Shown piece by piece: positions 1 to 10,700 of a DNA stretch of 64,000 nt. The notes beneath the pieces were generated by a model. That model did not search any database, was not told the DNA's origin, and worked only from the letters and a program-made list of their open reading frames with translations. The translations under genes were made by a program, and so were the position numbers. Within the stretch, counting starts at the first letter, position 1. Every line of letters starts with the position of its first letter. Origin of the DNA: Deltaproteobacteria bacterium (lineage in GTDB: Bacteria > Myxococcota_A > UBA9042); assembly GCA_016875335.1 (NCBI GenBank), contig VGRO01000005.1:11295-75294 (forward strand), in the 5' to 3' direction.

Positions 1-380
1 AGAAGCAACCGCCACACGCCTGGGCCTCGTGTGGGAGCGCAATACCTGAAATCAGGCCGATGGCGGCCACGCCAAGGGCAAGGCGCGCTGGGCGCTGCGT
101 GGGGAAGGGGTGCATGGGGTCCTCCGGGTTCAATGTTGTCCCGCCGCAGCGAGGCTACGGCATGACCTGGTCGTTTGCAAGACGTGTGCCAACCCGCCAG
201 GTTCGCACAACGCCTTGTTCATGCAAGCATCTTTCCCGCTGGTGCGGACCGGCTCTGTGTTGCATTTTTCATACATGATGCATTTTTCAACAGTGCGGAT
301 CGTGCCGAGCGGATAGGCTGGCCCGCAAAGGGCGGGGCAAGATTGCCTGCTGCGCCAAGCCGTGGCAGTCTACCCCCGAG

Positions 381-1181
381 GTGCCGCAGATGACGACCCG
401 ATCCTGCCTGGAACCACGTGTGCTGCGCCGGCTGCTGTGCATGCTCTTGCTCGCGCTGGTTGCCTGGCTGCCCGCCCTGGCGCGGGCCGACGGCGACGCC
501 CAGTTCAAGGCCGCCATCTTGGCGCTCAAGGAGGGCCGCGCCGCCGACGCGCTCAAGTCGGCCGAAGACGGCTACGTCGAGCGCAAGCAGGCCCGCTTCT
601 TGTTCGTCAAAGCGCTGGCGCTGGAGAAGCTCGGCCGCGTTGCCGACGCCTGGCAGATCATCCAGGTGGTAATGCCGCGCGACATCCCGGCCGCATTGCA
701 CACGGAATTTGCCAAGGCCTACGAGCGGATCGAGACGGCTGCCAAGCTCGCCGCCGTCAAGACTGCGCAACAGGCCGCCGAGCGCGCTGCCCATGACGAG
801 GCGGAGAAGCGCAAGACAGTCGCCGCCGAACACGACCGCAGGGCCCACGCGCGCACGGCCCGCACCTTGACGCTGGCGGCGGTGGGCTGCGCCGTATTGG
901 GCGGCGGCGCACTCGGCTACGGTTGGTTCACGGCCGACGCAGCAGCCACCGACCACAATCTGGTCAACCCGAGCGAGCACCAAGCCTACAAGGATCAGAT
1001 GGCACTGGGCCGCACGCTATACTGGTCCGGGACGGGCGTGGCGGGCCTCGGCGCGATCCTCGGCGCGCTCGCGGTGTGGCAGTCGGGCAAGGCCTCGGCG
1101 AGCCCCACGGCAACAGCGGGTTCGGACTGGCGACTCGTCCCGCTGGGCGCGACGGGCGTCGCCGTGCAGGGAGGCTTCTGA
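381..1181 (+). CDS. Secreted/membrane hypothetical protein with TPR-like N-terminal region and C-terminal hydrophobic helices
   Basis: ORF 381..1181 translates to a signal-peptide-like N-terminus (LLCMLLLALVAWLPALARA; alternative start at Met 441), a balanced non-Arg-rich composition, and two hydrophobic segments near the C-terminus. The antisense ORF 219..983 is Arg/Ala/Gly-rich noise. Confidence 0.55.
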   Translation: MPQMTTRSCLEPRVLRRLLCMLLLALVAWLPALARADGDAQFKAAILALKEGRAADALKSAEDGYVERKQARFLFVKALALEKLGRVADAWQIIQVVMPRDIPAALHTEFAKAYERIETAAKLAAVKTAQQAAERAAHDEAEKRKTVAAEHDRRAHARTARTLTLAAVGCAVLGGGALGYGWFTADAAATDHNLVNPSEHQAYKDQMALGRTLYWSGTGVAGLGAILGALAVWQSGKASASPTATAGSDWRLVPLGATGVAVQGGF

Positions 1182-1462
1182 TGCGCAGGACCCCGCTGGT
1201 TTGGGCGCTGCTTGCGTTGGCCGGTTGCCTTCCGGTCGAGCTCAGCGACAAGGAGTTGGCCGACTATTGCGCCAGCGCCGCCGATTGCGCCAAGAAAGCG
1301 CCGCACGCGTGCTGGGACAACGACTGCGTCGCCAACCAGTGCGTGCACAAGGGCACGGCGCCCAAGGTCGGTGTGGATTGCAGTACGACAACGTGTGCGG
1401 TGGGCTGCAAGTGTTCGGGGCCCAAGAGCCCCCACGGCGCCGGGATCTGCGCCAAGTTGTAA
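1181..1462 (+). CDS. Small cysteine-rich lipoprotein (93 aa)
   Basis: ATG at 1181 overlaps the TGA of the upstream gene (ATGA). The N-terminus MRRTPLVWALLALAGC carries a lipobox, followed by 8 Cys in 70 aa. It was read from the in-frame tail of ORF 923..1462. Confidence 0.5.
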   Translation: MRRTPLVWALLALAGCLPVELSDKELADYCASAADCAKKAPHACWDNDCVANQCVHKGTAPKVGVDCSTTTCAVGCKCSGPKSPHGAGICAKL

Positions 1463-1955
1463 GCCGCGTTCGACTCCCGCGCCGCCGACGGTGCCGAAAC
1501 GCTTGACGGTGTGCGTGCTCTGCACGGCCGTTGTGCCCCACCCGACGCCCGTCGGCTCGCAACACCTTGCACTTCTTGCAGTAGGCGACAATGTCGCTGA
1601 ACCTGGGCCCGCTCCTGCCCGGCGCAACCGGCTGATTCAAAAAACGCGGCACCGTCGCGATGTCCGTGGCACCGGGGGTCACCCTCGGCGACACCTCTCA
1701 TGCGTACGACCAGGGACGCCTGCGCGAACTGGCCTATGGCGACATGAACAGGCGGCAGCGCGAACCATCGGCCGGATGCCAGAGCGCCCTGGCTCGTTGG
1801 GATTGCGGCCACTTGCCGCATTGGCGTTGCACGCGGCGAACACGCGGGCCCGACCGACACGTGCAATTGCCCTGCGCGGCACGCCACGCTACCCTGACCG
1901 CTCGCGGACCTCCTCTCGGGGGCGGCCGGTCGCGCCGCCCCCACTGGAGGATCCG

Positions 1956-4900
1956 ATGACGCACACGCGAGCGCGCTGCGCGGCCACTTTGGCGTGCCTG
2001 GTGCTGTGGCCGGCGTGCAAGGAGGACGGTGCCCGTGTGACCGGAACCGCCGACGTCGCCGCCGACCAAACCTCCGTGGACACCGCGTTCGCCGCGCCCG
2101 ACAACCCGGTCGCGCAAGCCGACGCATCGGCCGGGGAGGCCACGGCCGACACAAGCCCCTTGGACAGCGCACAAGTCCTTTCGCCCACCTGCGCGGAACT
2201 GTCCACTGGCGCCGCGTGTGACGACGGCAACCCCTGCACCGCCGACACGGCGTGCGCAGGCGCACAGTGCACGGGGGGCGTCAACTATTGCCAGTGTGCG
2301 AGCGACGCCGACTGCGCCGCGGTCGACGATGGCAACCTGTGCAACGGCAAACTGGTGTGCAACAAGGCGGTGTTCCCGTTCCGCTGTGACGTGGCCGCCG
2401 CGACCGCAGTGGTGTGCGCCAAGGCGGCTGCGTTCGGCTGTGCCCAGGAGGCGTGCGACCCGGCCACCGGCCAGTGCACCGTAGTGGCCGACGGCACACC
2501 CTGCGACGATGGTCTGCCGTGCAGCGCCGAGTCGTTCTGCGCGTCCGGGACCTGCAAGCCGGGCAAGGCCACCTGGTGCCAATGTAGCGCAGACGCCGAC
2601 TGCGCGGCGTTCGAGGACGGCAACCCATGCAACGGCTCGCTGTATTGCGACAAGGCGACCTTCCCGTACCAATGCAAGGTCAACCCGGCGACGGTGGTCG
2701 CTTGCGATGCGGCGGCCGACACCGCGTGCAGCAAGAACGTGTGCGCCCCCAAGACCGGATCGTGCGCAGCCGTACCAGTGGAACAAGCGCAGTGGCAATG
2801 CACCGACAAGGGTTGCGCCTGGCAACTGGCGTCCGTCGTCGATCCCCTGGCGAGCCCAGCGCCGTGCAGCGATGGCGTGGCGTGTACGACCGGCGACCAT
2901 TGCGAGGCCGGGCAGTGCAAGCCGGGCACCGACACCTGCAGTTGCGCCAGCAATGCCGACTGCGCGGCACAAGAGGACGGCAACTTCTGCAACGGCACGC
3001 TGTTTTGCAACAAGGGCAAGAAGCCGGCGGTGTGCGAACTCAACCCGGCGACCGTGGTCGCGTGCGCCAACGCCAACGACACACTGTGCGCCAAGAATGC
3101 GTGCAACACCCTGACCGGCAAATGCGACTGCGGACCGACCGCGGGCGCCGGCTGCGGCCTGTCGGCGGTCGAGACCCTTGTCAAAGTCTGCACGGGCGAC
3201 AAGTGCCGTTGGGAAACCCTGCCCTACGGAGCCACACCCACCAGCCCGCCCGCTTGCGACGACGGCAACGGCTGCACCGCCGGCGAGATTTGCGGCAACG
3301 GCAGTTGCGGCGGTGGCGTAGATACCTGCATCTGCAGCACGGACGCGGACTGCAAGGCCCAGGACGACGGCAACCTGTGCAACGGCCTGCTTTTCTGCAA
3401 CAAGGCCAAGAAGAAGTGCGAGGTCAACCCGGCGACCGTGGTGGTCTGCCCAAGCGTGCTCGACACGGCGTGCACCAAGAACACCTGCCAGCCGTTGACC
3501 GGCGCGTGCGCGATGGCCCCAGCGCCAAGTACCACCCTCTGCGAAGACGGCGACCCGTGCACGGTCGGCGAACTGTGCGACGGCGGCGCGTGCAAGGGCG
3601 GCACCAACACCTGCAGTTGCTTGAACGACGCCCAATGCGCGGCGTGGGACGACGGCGACCTGTGCAACGGCACCATGTTTTGCAACAAGGCCAAGACCCC
3701 AGCCATTTGCGAGGTCAACCCGGCCACCAAGGTCAACTGCGCCACGGTGGACGACACCGCATGCCTCAAGTACCTGTGCCAGCCCAAGACCGGCAAATGC
3801 CAGTTCACGCCGGAAGCCGATTTCAGCGCTTGCGACGACAACAACGCTTGCACCAAGAACGACAACTGCCTGTTCGGAAAGTGCCAGCCCGGCCTGTACA
3901 CGTGCGAGTGCGCCACCAACGCCGACTGCGCGGGCAAGGACGACGGCAATCTGTGCAACGGCACCTGGTACTGCGACAAGACCGCGGCGCCGAAATGCCT
4001 TTTCAACCCTGCATCGGTGGTCTATTGCAGCAAGGCCGACGACGGGCCGTGCCAGGCAGCCAAATGTGACCCCAAGACCGGCGCTTGCGGGCTTGCGCCA
4101 TTGCCGGACGGCCACACCTGCACCGACGGATCGCCGTGCACCGACAACGATGCCTGCAAGGGCGGCCTGTGCGCGGGCAGCGCAGTCAACTGCGACGACG
4201 CCAACCCCTGCACGGTCGACGGTTGCGACGCTGGCGGTTGCAGCCACAAGCCCGCGAACTGCCAAGATGGCAACCCCTGCACCGCCGACGACTGCAACCC
4301 CAAGAACGGCCAGTGCTCGTTTCCAGTCCTACCCGACGGCAAGGCCTGCGACGCCGATGGCAATGGCTGCACGGTCAACGATGCGTGCAAGGCGGGCCAG
4401 TGCGCGGTAGGACTGTCCGTGGTGTGCAAACTGGCCCTGGACGCATGCCAGGTCGCGGTGTGCCAGAACGCCGGCGTCAACGCCTTTGCGTGCGTGGCCC
4501 TTCCCGCGCCGGATGGCAGCGCGTGCCTGGGTTCGTCCCCGTGCGCGCTCGGCCACACGTGTGTTGCCGGCGGGTGCAAGCCGTTGCCGACCGACAAGCT
4601 CTACGTCAAGGAGCTTGGCAGCTTCGGCGACGGCCTGGCGCTGACGGCCCTCGCTGCGCACGACGGCGGCGCTGCCGTGGGCGGCGTGCGCTCCAAAGGC
4701 CCGGAGGGCCAGCCGTCAGCCGCAACCATCGTCATCGCAGCCTTGGGGGGCGACGCCAGTCCGACCTGGGTCGTCGAAACGGCATCGGCCGGTGCCGCGG
4801 ATCCGGCAATCGGCGTCGCCGCGGTGCGCCCGCTACCCGGCGGCGACTGGGCGGCGATTGCCACGCGCCGCTGGACCGCAAGCGGCGACCTTGACCTGTG

Positions 4901-7766
4901 GGTGGTGCGCCTGACCGCCAACGGTCAATCGTTCGTTGCCGACACGCAGGTGGCGACGGCGGGCGACGACATCGCGTGGGGCGCCGCGCACGGCGCGCAG
5001 GTCGGCTGGTGGGTGGCCGGCCAGACCGGCAGCGGCAGCGGGGCGCGGGCGGCGCTGTGGCGGGTGACCGAAGGTGGCAGCGTGTTGGCGCAATGGAAAT
5101 CGCCGTCTGCGGTGGCCGACGCCTTGCGCGGCGTGGTGGTGCAGTCCGACGGCGGCGCGCTGGCGGTCGGGGTGCGCAGTGAAGCCGCTGGCGAACGCGC
5201 CTTGCTGGTGCGCGTCGGCCCCCAGGGCGGGCTGTTGTGGCAAAAGACCCTGCAGGCATCGGCGCCTGAGTCGCTGGCCGCGGCCGTGGCCACCCCGTCG
5301 GGCCTGTTGGCCGCAGGCACCCGCACCGCCGCTGGCACCGGCTTGCCGATGGTCTTGCGCCTCGATGGCGCTGGCGCTGTGCTGTCGAGTTGGGTCGGCA
5401 CCGCTGCCGCCGATCCGCGCTCCGTGGCGGCCCTGCCCGGCAGCCGCGCGGTGCTGGCGGGGTCGGCGGCCGGCCCGGCATGGGCGCAAGGCCTGACCGC
5501 GCTTTTGGAACCGCTTTGGGCCGTCGCCCACCAACCTACAGCCCCGGCCACGTGGCGCGCCGTGGCGGTCGGCCCGGACGGCGGACTGTGGCTCGCGGGC
5601 GCGCGCGCTGGCCCCGTCAAAGCGCTGGTCGGTCGCAGCGATCCGTGGGGCCATTTGTCGTGCCCAGCCGCCGGAACCTGTGCGGCGCTGACGGCAGACG
5701 CCTGCGACGACAAGGAACCCTGCACTTTTGACCTGTGTGAGCCGGGCAACGGCTGCGTCCACGCGCCCACCAGTTCGCCGTGCAACGATGGCAACGCATG
5801 CACGACCGACGACCAGTGCAAGGCGGGCACGTGTGCGCCGGGCGGGCCGACCAACTGCGACGACGGCAACGTCTGCACGGCCGACGCGTGCGACGCCAAG
5901 GCCGGCTGCGGCCACGTCGGCACAGTGGGCGGCTGCGACGACGGCAACCCGTGCACGGAACTGGACGGCTGCATCGGCGCGCTTTGCAAGGGCGCGGCCG
6001 CAGCGTGCGACGACGGCAGCGTTTGCACCAAGGACAGCTGCGATCTCAAGGTTGGCTGTGTGCACACCGCGGACGCCAAGCTGTGCGACGACGGCAACGT
6101 GTGCACCGACGACAGCTGCGACAAGGCCAAGGGCTGCACCAAGGTCAACAACAGCAAGGCCTGCGATGTCGGCGACCGGTGCTTGGAGGGCGACGTCTGC
6201 GCTGTCGGCGTGTGCAAGGCCGGAACGCTCGCAACGCTTTACGCATCCAAGACACCGTACAACGATGCCACGGTTCAGGAGTTCGTGCTGCACGACGACG
6301 GAAGCGCGACGTTCGTCGGCAGCAACATGAACGGTGTCGCTGCGACTGCGGGCAAACTCGCGCCGGGCGGCGAGTTCACGCTCGTCAAAAGTTGGGCCGG
6401 CGGCCCGCCTTCGACGCTGTATGCCGTCGTGCGGTTGGACAACGACGCCGTGTCGGCCGGTTACACAATGGCCAACACGGCCGGCGCAGAAGACGGCTGG
6501 CTGCGGCGCACCTCGGCCGCTGGCGTTGAGCAATGGTCCTACACCTACGGCGGCACGGCGTACGACGCGCTTTTTGGCGTCGTGGGCCTCGGGGCCGACA
6601 TTGTCGCGGTCGGCCAGACCGCAAGCGAGGGCGCGGGCGGCGGCGACGGGTGGATCTTGCGGGTCAACGGCAGCGGCGTCGTCATCAGCAGCAAGACGCT
6701 GGGCGGAGCCAAGGCGGATAGCCTCGGCAGCGCCGTCCTGCTCTCTGACGGAGGGTTGCTGGTCGCCGGCTCCACGCAGTCTTCCGGTGTCGGCAAGGCC
6801 GACGCATGGCTGCTGCGCCTCGACGCCCAACTGAACGCCGTCTGGCAGCACACCTACGGCACTGCTGGAGACGATGGGGTGCGGGCCATGACGTTGCTGG
6901 CCAACGGCAACATCGCCATCGCCGGCGCGCGGGGCGGCAGCGCGAACAGTTGGGCCATCCTGGACCCGCAAGGCCGGGCCTTGCGCTACGGCTCGGCTGC
7001 CCACGAAATCTTCGACATCCAGGGCCTTGGCGACGGGTCTGAACAAAGCCCCCCATCGTTCTCAAGGGCACGCCGGCAACGCAGCGTGCAGGCAAACCCC
7101 TGTCCTTGGCTGGCACGCATCGGCCGTGCACTTGTCGACGTCGTCGCAGTCCTTTGCGATGCCCGCACAGCTGCCGGCCTTGCACACGCCGCTGACCACG
7201 CACGCCGAGCCGGGGTCACAGGCCGCGCCGTCGCCGACGGCCGCGTGTTTGCACGCCCCGTTGTCGCACCCCGCCGCCGTGCATGGGTTGCCATCGTCGG
7301 CGCAGTCGGCGGCCACCTTGCAGGTATCACCGCCAAAGGGCGCAGGATCGCTGCCCAACACCCACGCCGGCCTGGTGGCCTGGGACTGCAGTCCGGTCCC
7401 GAGGCGGCCGTGCAGCCCCATGCCCCAGCAGAAGATCGCGCCGTCGCCCCGTACTGCACACGAGTGGCTGTGGCCGGCGCTGATGGCGATGGCCCGGCCG
7501 AGCCCCTTGACCGCGACCGGCACCGTGGCGCTGCTGGTACTCTCGTCGCCCAATGCGCCTGTAGCGTTGTAGCCCCAACACCGCGCGGTCCCTGCGGCGT
7601 CGAGCGTACAGGCGTGGACGGCGCCGACCGACAACTGCGCCGCTGGCGTCAACTGCACCACGTTCACGGGGGCAACGCTGAGCGCGGTCTTGCCGTTGCC
7701 CAACTGGCCCTTGCCGCCGTCGCCCCAACATTGGACCGCGCCGTCGCTTCGCAGCGCGCACGATGA
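1956..7766 (+). CDS. Giant lipoprotein with tandem myxococcal-type Cys-rich repeats and a C-terminal β-propeller-like (SBBP-like) repeat region
   Basis: This is the frame of ORF 1212..7766. ATG at 1956 gives MTHTRARCAATLACLVLWPAC (lipobox). There are at least 7 tandem ~65-aa modules (C-x-C-x2-[DN]ADCAA-x-DDGNLCNG...VNPATVV.C) and many CDDGNPCT(A/V)D motifs. The distal half carries Gly/Ala-rich repeats (e.g. GTAGDDGVRAMTLLANGNIAIAG). The ORF has no in-frame stop before 7766, and the last ~700 nt overlap the convergent gene and translate to Arg/Ala-rich junk. The true 3' end is therefore unresolved, probably near 7050. Confidence 0.6.
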   Translation: MTHTRARCAATLACLVLWPACKEDGARVTGTADVAADQTSVDTAFAAPDNPVAQADASAGEATADTSPLDSAQVLSPTCAELSTGAACDDGNPCTADTACAGAQCTGGVNYCQCASDADCAAVDDGNLCNGKLVCNKAVFPFRCDVAAATAVVCAKAAAFGCAQEACDPATGQCTVVADGTPCDDGLPCSAESFCASGTCKPGKATWCQCSADADCAAFEDGNPCNGSLYCDKATFPYQCKVNPATVVACDAAADTACSKNVCAPKTGSCAAVPVEQAQWQCTDKGCAWQLASVVDPLASPAPCSDGVACTTGDHCEAGQCKPGTDTCSCASNADCAAQEDGNFCNGTLFCNKGKKPAVCELNPATVVACANANDTLCAKNACNTLTGKCDCGPTAGAGCGLSAVETLVKVCTGDKCRWETLPYGATPTSPPACDDGNGCTAGEICGNGSCGGGVDTCICSTDADCKAQDDGNLCNGLLFCNKAKKKCEVNPATVVVCPSVLDTACTKNTCQPLTGACAMAPAPSTTLCEDGDPCTVGELCDGGACKGGTNTCSCLNDAQCAAWDDGDLCNGTMFCNKAKTPAICEVNPATKVNCATVDDTACLKYLCQPKTGKCQFTPEADFSACDDNNACTKNDNCLFGKCQPGLYTCECATNADCAGKDDGNLCNGTWYCDKTAAPKCLFNPASVVYCSKADDGPCQAAKCDPKTGACGLAPLPDGHTCTDGSPCTDNDACKGGLCAGSAVNCDDANPCTVDGCDAGGCSHKPANCQDGNPCTADDCNPKNGQCSFPVLPDGKACDADGNGCTVNDACKAGQCAVGLSVVCKLALDACQVAVCQNAGVNAFACVALPAPDGSACLGSSPCALGHTCVAGGCKPLPTDKLYVKELGSFGDGLALTALAAHDGGAAVGGVRSKGPEGQPSAATIVIAALGGDASPTWVVETASAGAADPAIGVAAVRPLPGGDWAAIATRRWTASGDLDLWVVRLTANGQSFVADTQVATAGDDIAWGAAHGAQVGWWVAGQTGSGSGARAALWRVTEGGSVLAQWKSPSAVADALRGVVVQSDGGALAVGVRSEAAGERALLVRVGPQGGLLWQKTLQASAPESLAAAVATPSGLLAAGTRTAAGTGLPMVLRLDGAGAVLSSWVGTAAADPRSVAALPGSRAVLAGSAAGPAWAQGLTALLEPLWAVAHQPTAPATWRAVAVGPDGGLWLAGARAGPVKALVGRSDPWGHLSCPAAGTCAALTADACDDKEPCTFDLCEPGNGCVHAPTSSPCNDGNACTTDDQCKAGTCAPGGPTNCDDGNVCTADACDAKAGCGHVGTVGGCDDGNPCTELDGCIGALCKGAAAACDDGSVCTKDSCDLKVGCVHTADAKLCDDGNVCTDDSCDKAKGCTKVNNSKACDVGDRCLEGDVCAVGVCKAGTLATLYASKTPYNDATVQEFVLHDDGSATFVGSNMNGVAATAGKLAPGGEFTLVKSWAGGPPSTLYAVVRLDNDAVSAGYTMANTAGAEDGWLRRTSAAGVEQWSYTYGGTAYDALFGVVGLGADIVAVGQTASEGAGGGDGWILRVNGSGVVISSKTLGGAKADSLGSAVLLSDGGLLVAGSTQSSGVGKADAWLLRLDAQLNAVWQHTYGTAGDDGVRAMTLLANGNIAIAGARGGSANSWAILDPQGRALRYGSAAHEIFDIQGLGDGSEQSPPSFSRARRQRSVQANPCPWLARIGRALVDVVAVLCDARTAAGLAHAADHARRAGVTGRAVADGRVFARPVVAPRRRAWVAIVGAVGGHLAGITAKGRRIAAQHPRRPGGLGLQSGPEAAVQPHAPAEDRAVAPYCTRVAVAGADGDGPAEPLDRDRHRGAAGTLVAQCACSVVAPTPRGPCGVERTGVDGADRQLRRWRQLHHVHGGNAERGLAVAQLALAAVAPTLDRAVASQRAR

Positions 7767-10700
7767 GTCGGCACCCGCCCCGACTGCGACCGCCTTGTTG
7801 ACGCCGCTGACCGACTGCGGTGTCTTGAAGCTGCCACCGGTCGGCTTGCCCACCTGACCGAGGTTGTTCTGGCCCCAGCACTGCACGGTGCCGTCGAATA
7901 GAGCGGCGCAAGTGTGGTTCACGCCGGCGGAGATGTCGTGCACGGGCCCGGCCAGGCCCACCACGGCCGTCGGCTTGTTGCGTTGACTGGTGCTGCCGTC
8001 TCCGAGTTGCCCACTGCTGTTGGTGCCCCAGCACCACGCCTTGCCCGCGCTGTCGAGCGCACAGACGTGGCGGCCCAAGGCGGACAACACCGCAGGGCTG
8101 GGCGGGCCGTCGGTGGGGGTCAAAGCCAAGGCGTCGGCGTTCTTGCCGTTGCCGATCGCGCCGTCCGCCCCGCGCCCCCACATACCCAGGCTCGCCGGCT
8201 TGCCAAGGACCAGGGCACCGCTGAGGTGATCGCCCGCGGCCACCCGCCAGACGTCTGTGGCGCTTCCAACGGTCTGCATGGTGAAAAACTCGGTCTTGTT
8301 GCCATTGCCGAGTTCGCCTTCACTGTTGCCACCCCAGGCGCGGGCTTGGCCGTTGCGCAAGGCGGCGACGCTGTGGCCCTCTCCCGCGGCGACCGTGCCG
8401 GCAAAGCCAAAAGCGCTGGCCGTGCACAGGCCGTCGAGGCACACCTTTGCGCCGGCGCACGCGCCACCACCGGGCAAGGGCGCGGGGATGCAAAGGCCAG
8501 TGCCGCTGGCGCACACGTCGGCGGTGCAGGCGTTGCCGTCATCGCAATTCGCCGGCTTGGCCGCGCACACACCGTTGGCACAGGCGTCGGACACAGTACA
8601 CGGGTCGCCGTCGTCGCAACCCACGCTGTCGTTGGCGGCACCGTGGGTGCATTGGCCATTGACGCAGGTGGCGACCGTGCAAGGGTTGCCGTCGTCGCTG
8701 CAATCGGCCGCAGTCGCGCACGCGGACCCGCCACCCAAGGGCTGTACCGGCAGCGAAAGCGGCACGACGACCGGCGTCTGACTCGCGGTGCTCAGGCCAT
8801 TGCCAAGTTGGCCGTTGTTGCCGCTGCCCCAGCACCACACTGAGCCGTCTTGGCGGACAGCGCAGGTGTGGTTGCCACTGGTCGAAAGATCGCGGACGCC
8901 TGCGAGCTTGGGCACGGCCACCGGTTCACCTTGGCTCGCGGTGCCGCCGTTGCCGAGCGCTCCCGTCGCGCCATAGCCCCAACACGCGACGGTGCCGTCC
9001 GTCAAGCGCGCGCACGCCGACAAGGTGCCGGCCGCGACTTCGACCACGCCGGTCAACTTGGCGACGGCGACCGGGCTCGGGCTGGACACCTTCTTGTTGT
9101 CGCCGAGTTGGCCGTGGCCGCCCTGTCCGAAGCAAGTGGCCGTGCCGTCCGCCTTGCGGGCGCAGGTCAACTGCGAACCGAGCCCCAGCGACCCGAGGCG
9201 CAGCAGGCCGCCGACGATGCGCGGTGTCAGCAACTGTGGCAGTCCCTCAAAGCCGAGCGCGCCGTTGCTGTTCAGGCCCGTGCAGCGCAAGTAGCCGTCC
9301 GTGCCGATGGCGCAGCCGTGGTCGGGTCCTAGCGCGATTTCGGCGGTCGACCCGTAGCCGGGGATAGCGACCGGCTTGGTGCGGTTTTGGGTTGTGCCAT
9401 CGCCCAATTGCCCGTTGTCGCCGACGCCCCAGCACCAGGCGGTCTTGTCCTCGGCAATGGCGCACGTCGAGTTGCCTCCCGCAGCGATGGCGATCGCCTT
9501 GCCAGAGAACGCGACCTGCACAGGCAACGCGCTCTGCTGGTTGGTGCCGTTGCCCAGTTGGCCAAAGCCATTGGCGCCCCAGCAGCGCACGGCGCCCTTG
9601 TCGTCCAATGCGCAACTGTGCGAGTGCCCCAAGGCAATCTGCACTGCGCCCGTCACATTGGCCACGAGCACTGGTTCGGGCCGGCCGCTGTTGTCGCCGG
9701 TGCCCAACTGGCCGCTGCCGTTGGCGCCCCAACAGACGACCTGCCCGCCGGTCAAGAGTGCGCAGGTATGGGTGTCCCCAGTCTTGACGGTCGCGGCCCA
9801 GCCGGCCACCTTGGCCACGCATTGGCCCGACTCGCAGGCCTTGCCCGCGCCACACGAACCACCGCCCGGCAGAACACCGGCGAGACACTGGCCCTTGGGC
9901 GCCGCGCAGAAATCCGCCGTGCACGGCGATCCGTCGTCGCAAGCCTTGGCTTTGCCGATGCAGGTTCCGGCGTTGCACGCATCGCCGCCGGTGCAGGCAT
10001 CGCCGTCGCTGCACGGTGCGCCCGCAGCCGCATTTGGATGACTGCAGATGCCCTTGTCGCATTGGGGCACGGTGCAGTCGTTGCCGTCATCGCCGCAGTC
10101 GCCGGCCGTAGTGCATGGTCCAGTCAACGCGGGCAACGGGTCGCTGCCCATCACCGCCACGGTCGGGGTGTCGAGCGCACCGCCCTGGTTGCCCAAACCG
10201 AGTTGGCCGACGTTGTTCTCGCCCCAACACAGCACGCGGCCGGTGGTGTCCAGGCCGCACGTGAACAACTTGCTCGCCGCCAAGTGTACGAAGCGAGCGG
10301 CCGTCTTGACGGCCTGCGGGGTGGTGGCGTTGGCCTTGGCGCCGTTGCCGAGTTGCCCCTGGTTGCCCAGGCCCCAGCACCACGCCTTGCCTGCGGCGTC
10401 GATGGCGCACTGGTGCAATTCGCCGCTGTCGACCGATCGCCAGGTGTTGGTGCCGCTGACCGCCAAAGCACCCGGACGCTCCAGGGTCTTGCCATCGCCG
10501 AGTTGGCCGTAGCCGCCGCCGCCCCAGCAGTAGACCTTGCCCAGGCGCAGGACGCAGGCGTGCTGGTCGCCGGCCGACAGTTGGCCTACTTGGTCGAGGT
10601 TGGGCACGACCACCGGCACGGTGGCCTGCGCCGGCGACACGCGGCCGAGCCGAAAGCTGTTGTTGTTGCCCCAGCAGCGCACCGTGCCATCGGCGCGGTT

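Noticed and set aside
1734-7046. Long minus-strand ORFs (1734..4265, 843 aa; 4833..7046, 737 aa; 4925..6217, 430 aa) antisense to the plus-strand giant gene
   Set aside because: Their translations are Arg/Ala/Gly-rich with no motifs, and they overlap a gene with strong repeat and domain structure. These are typical high-GC antisense artefacts.
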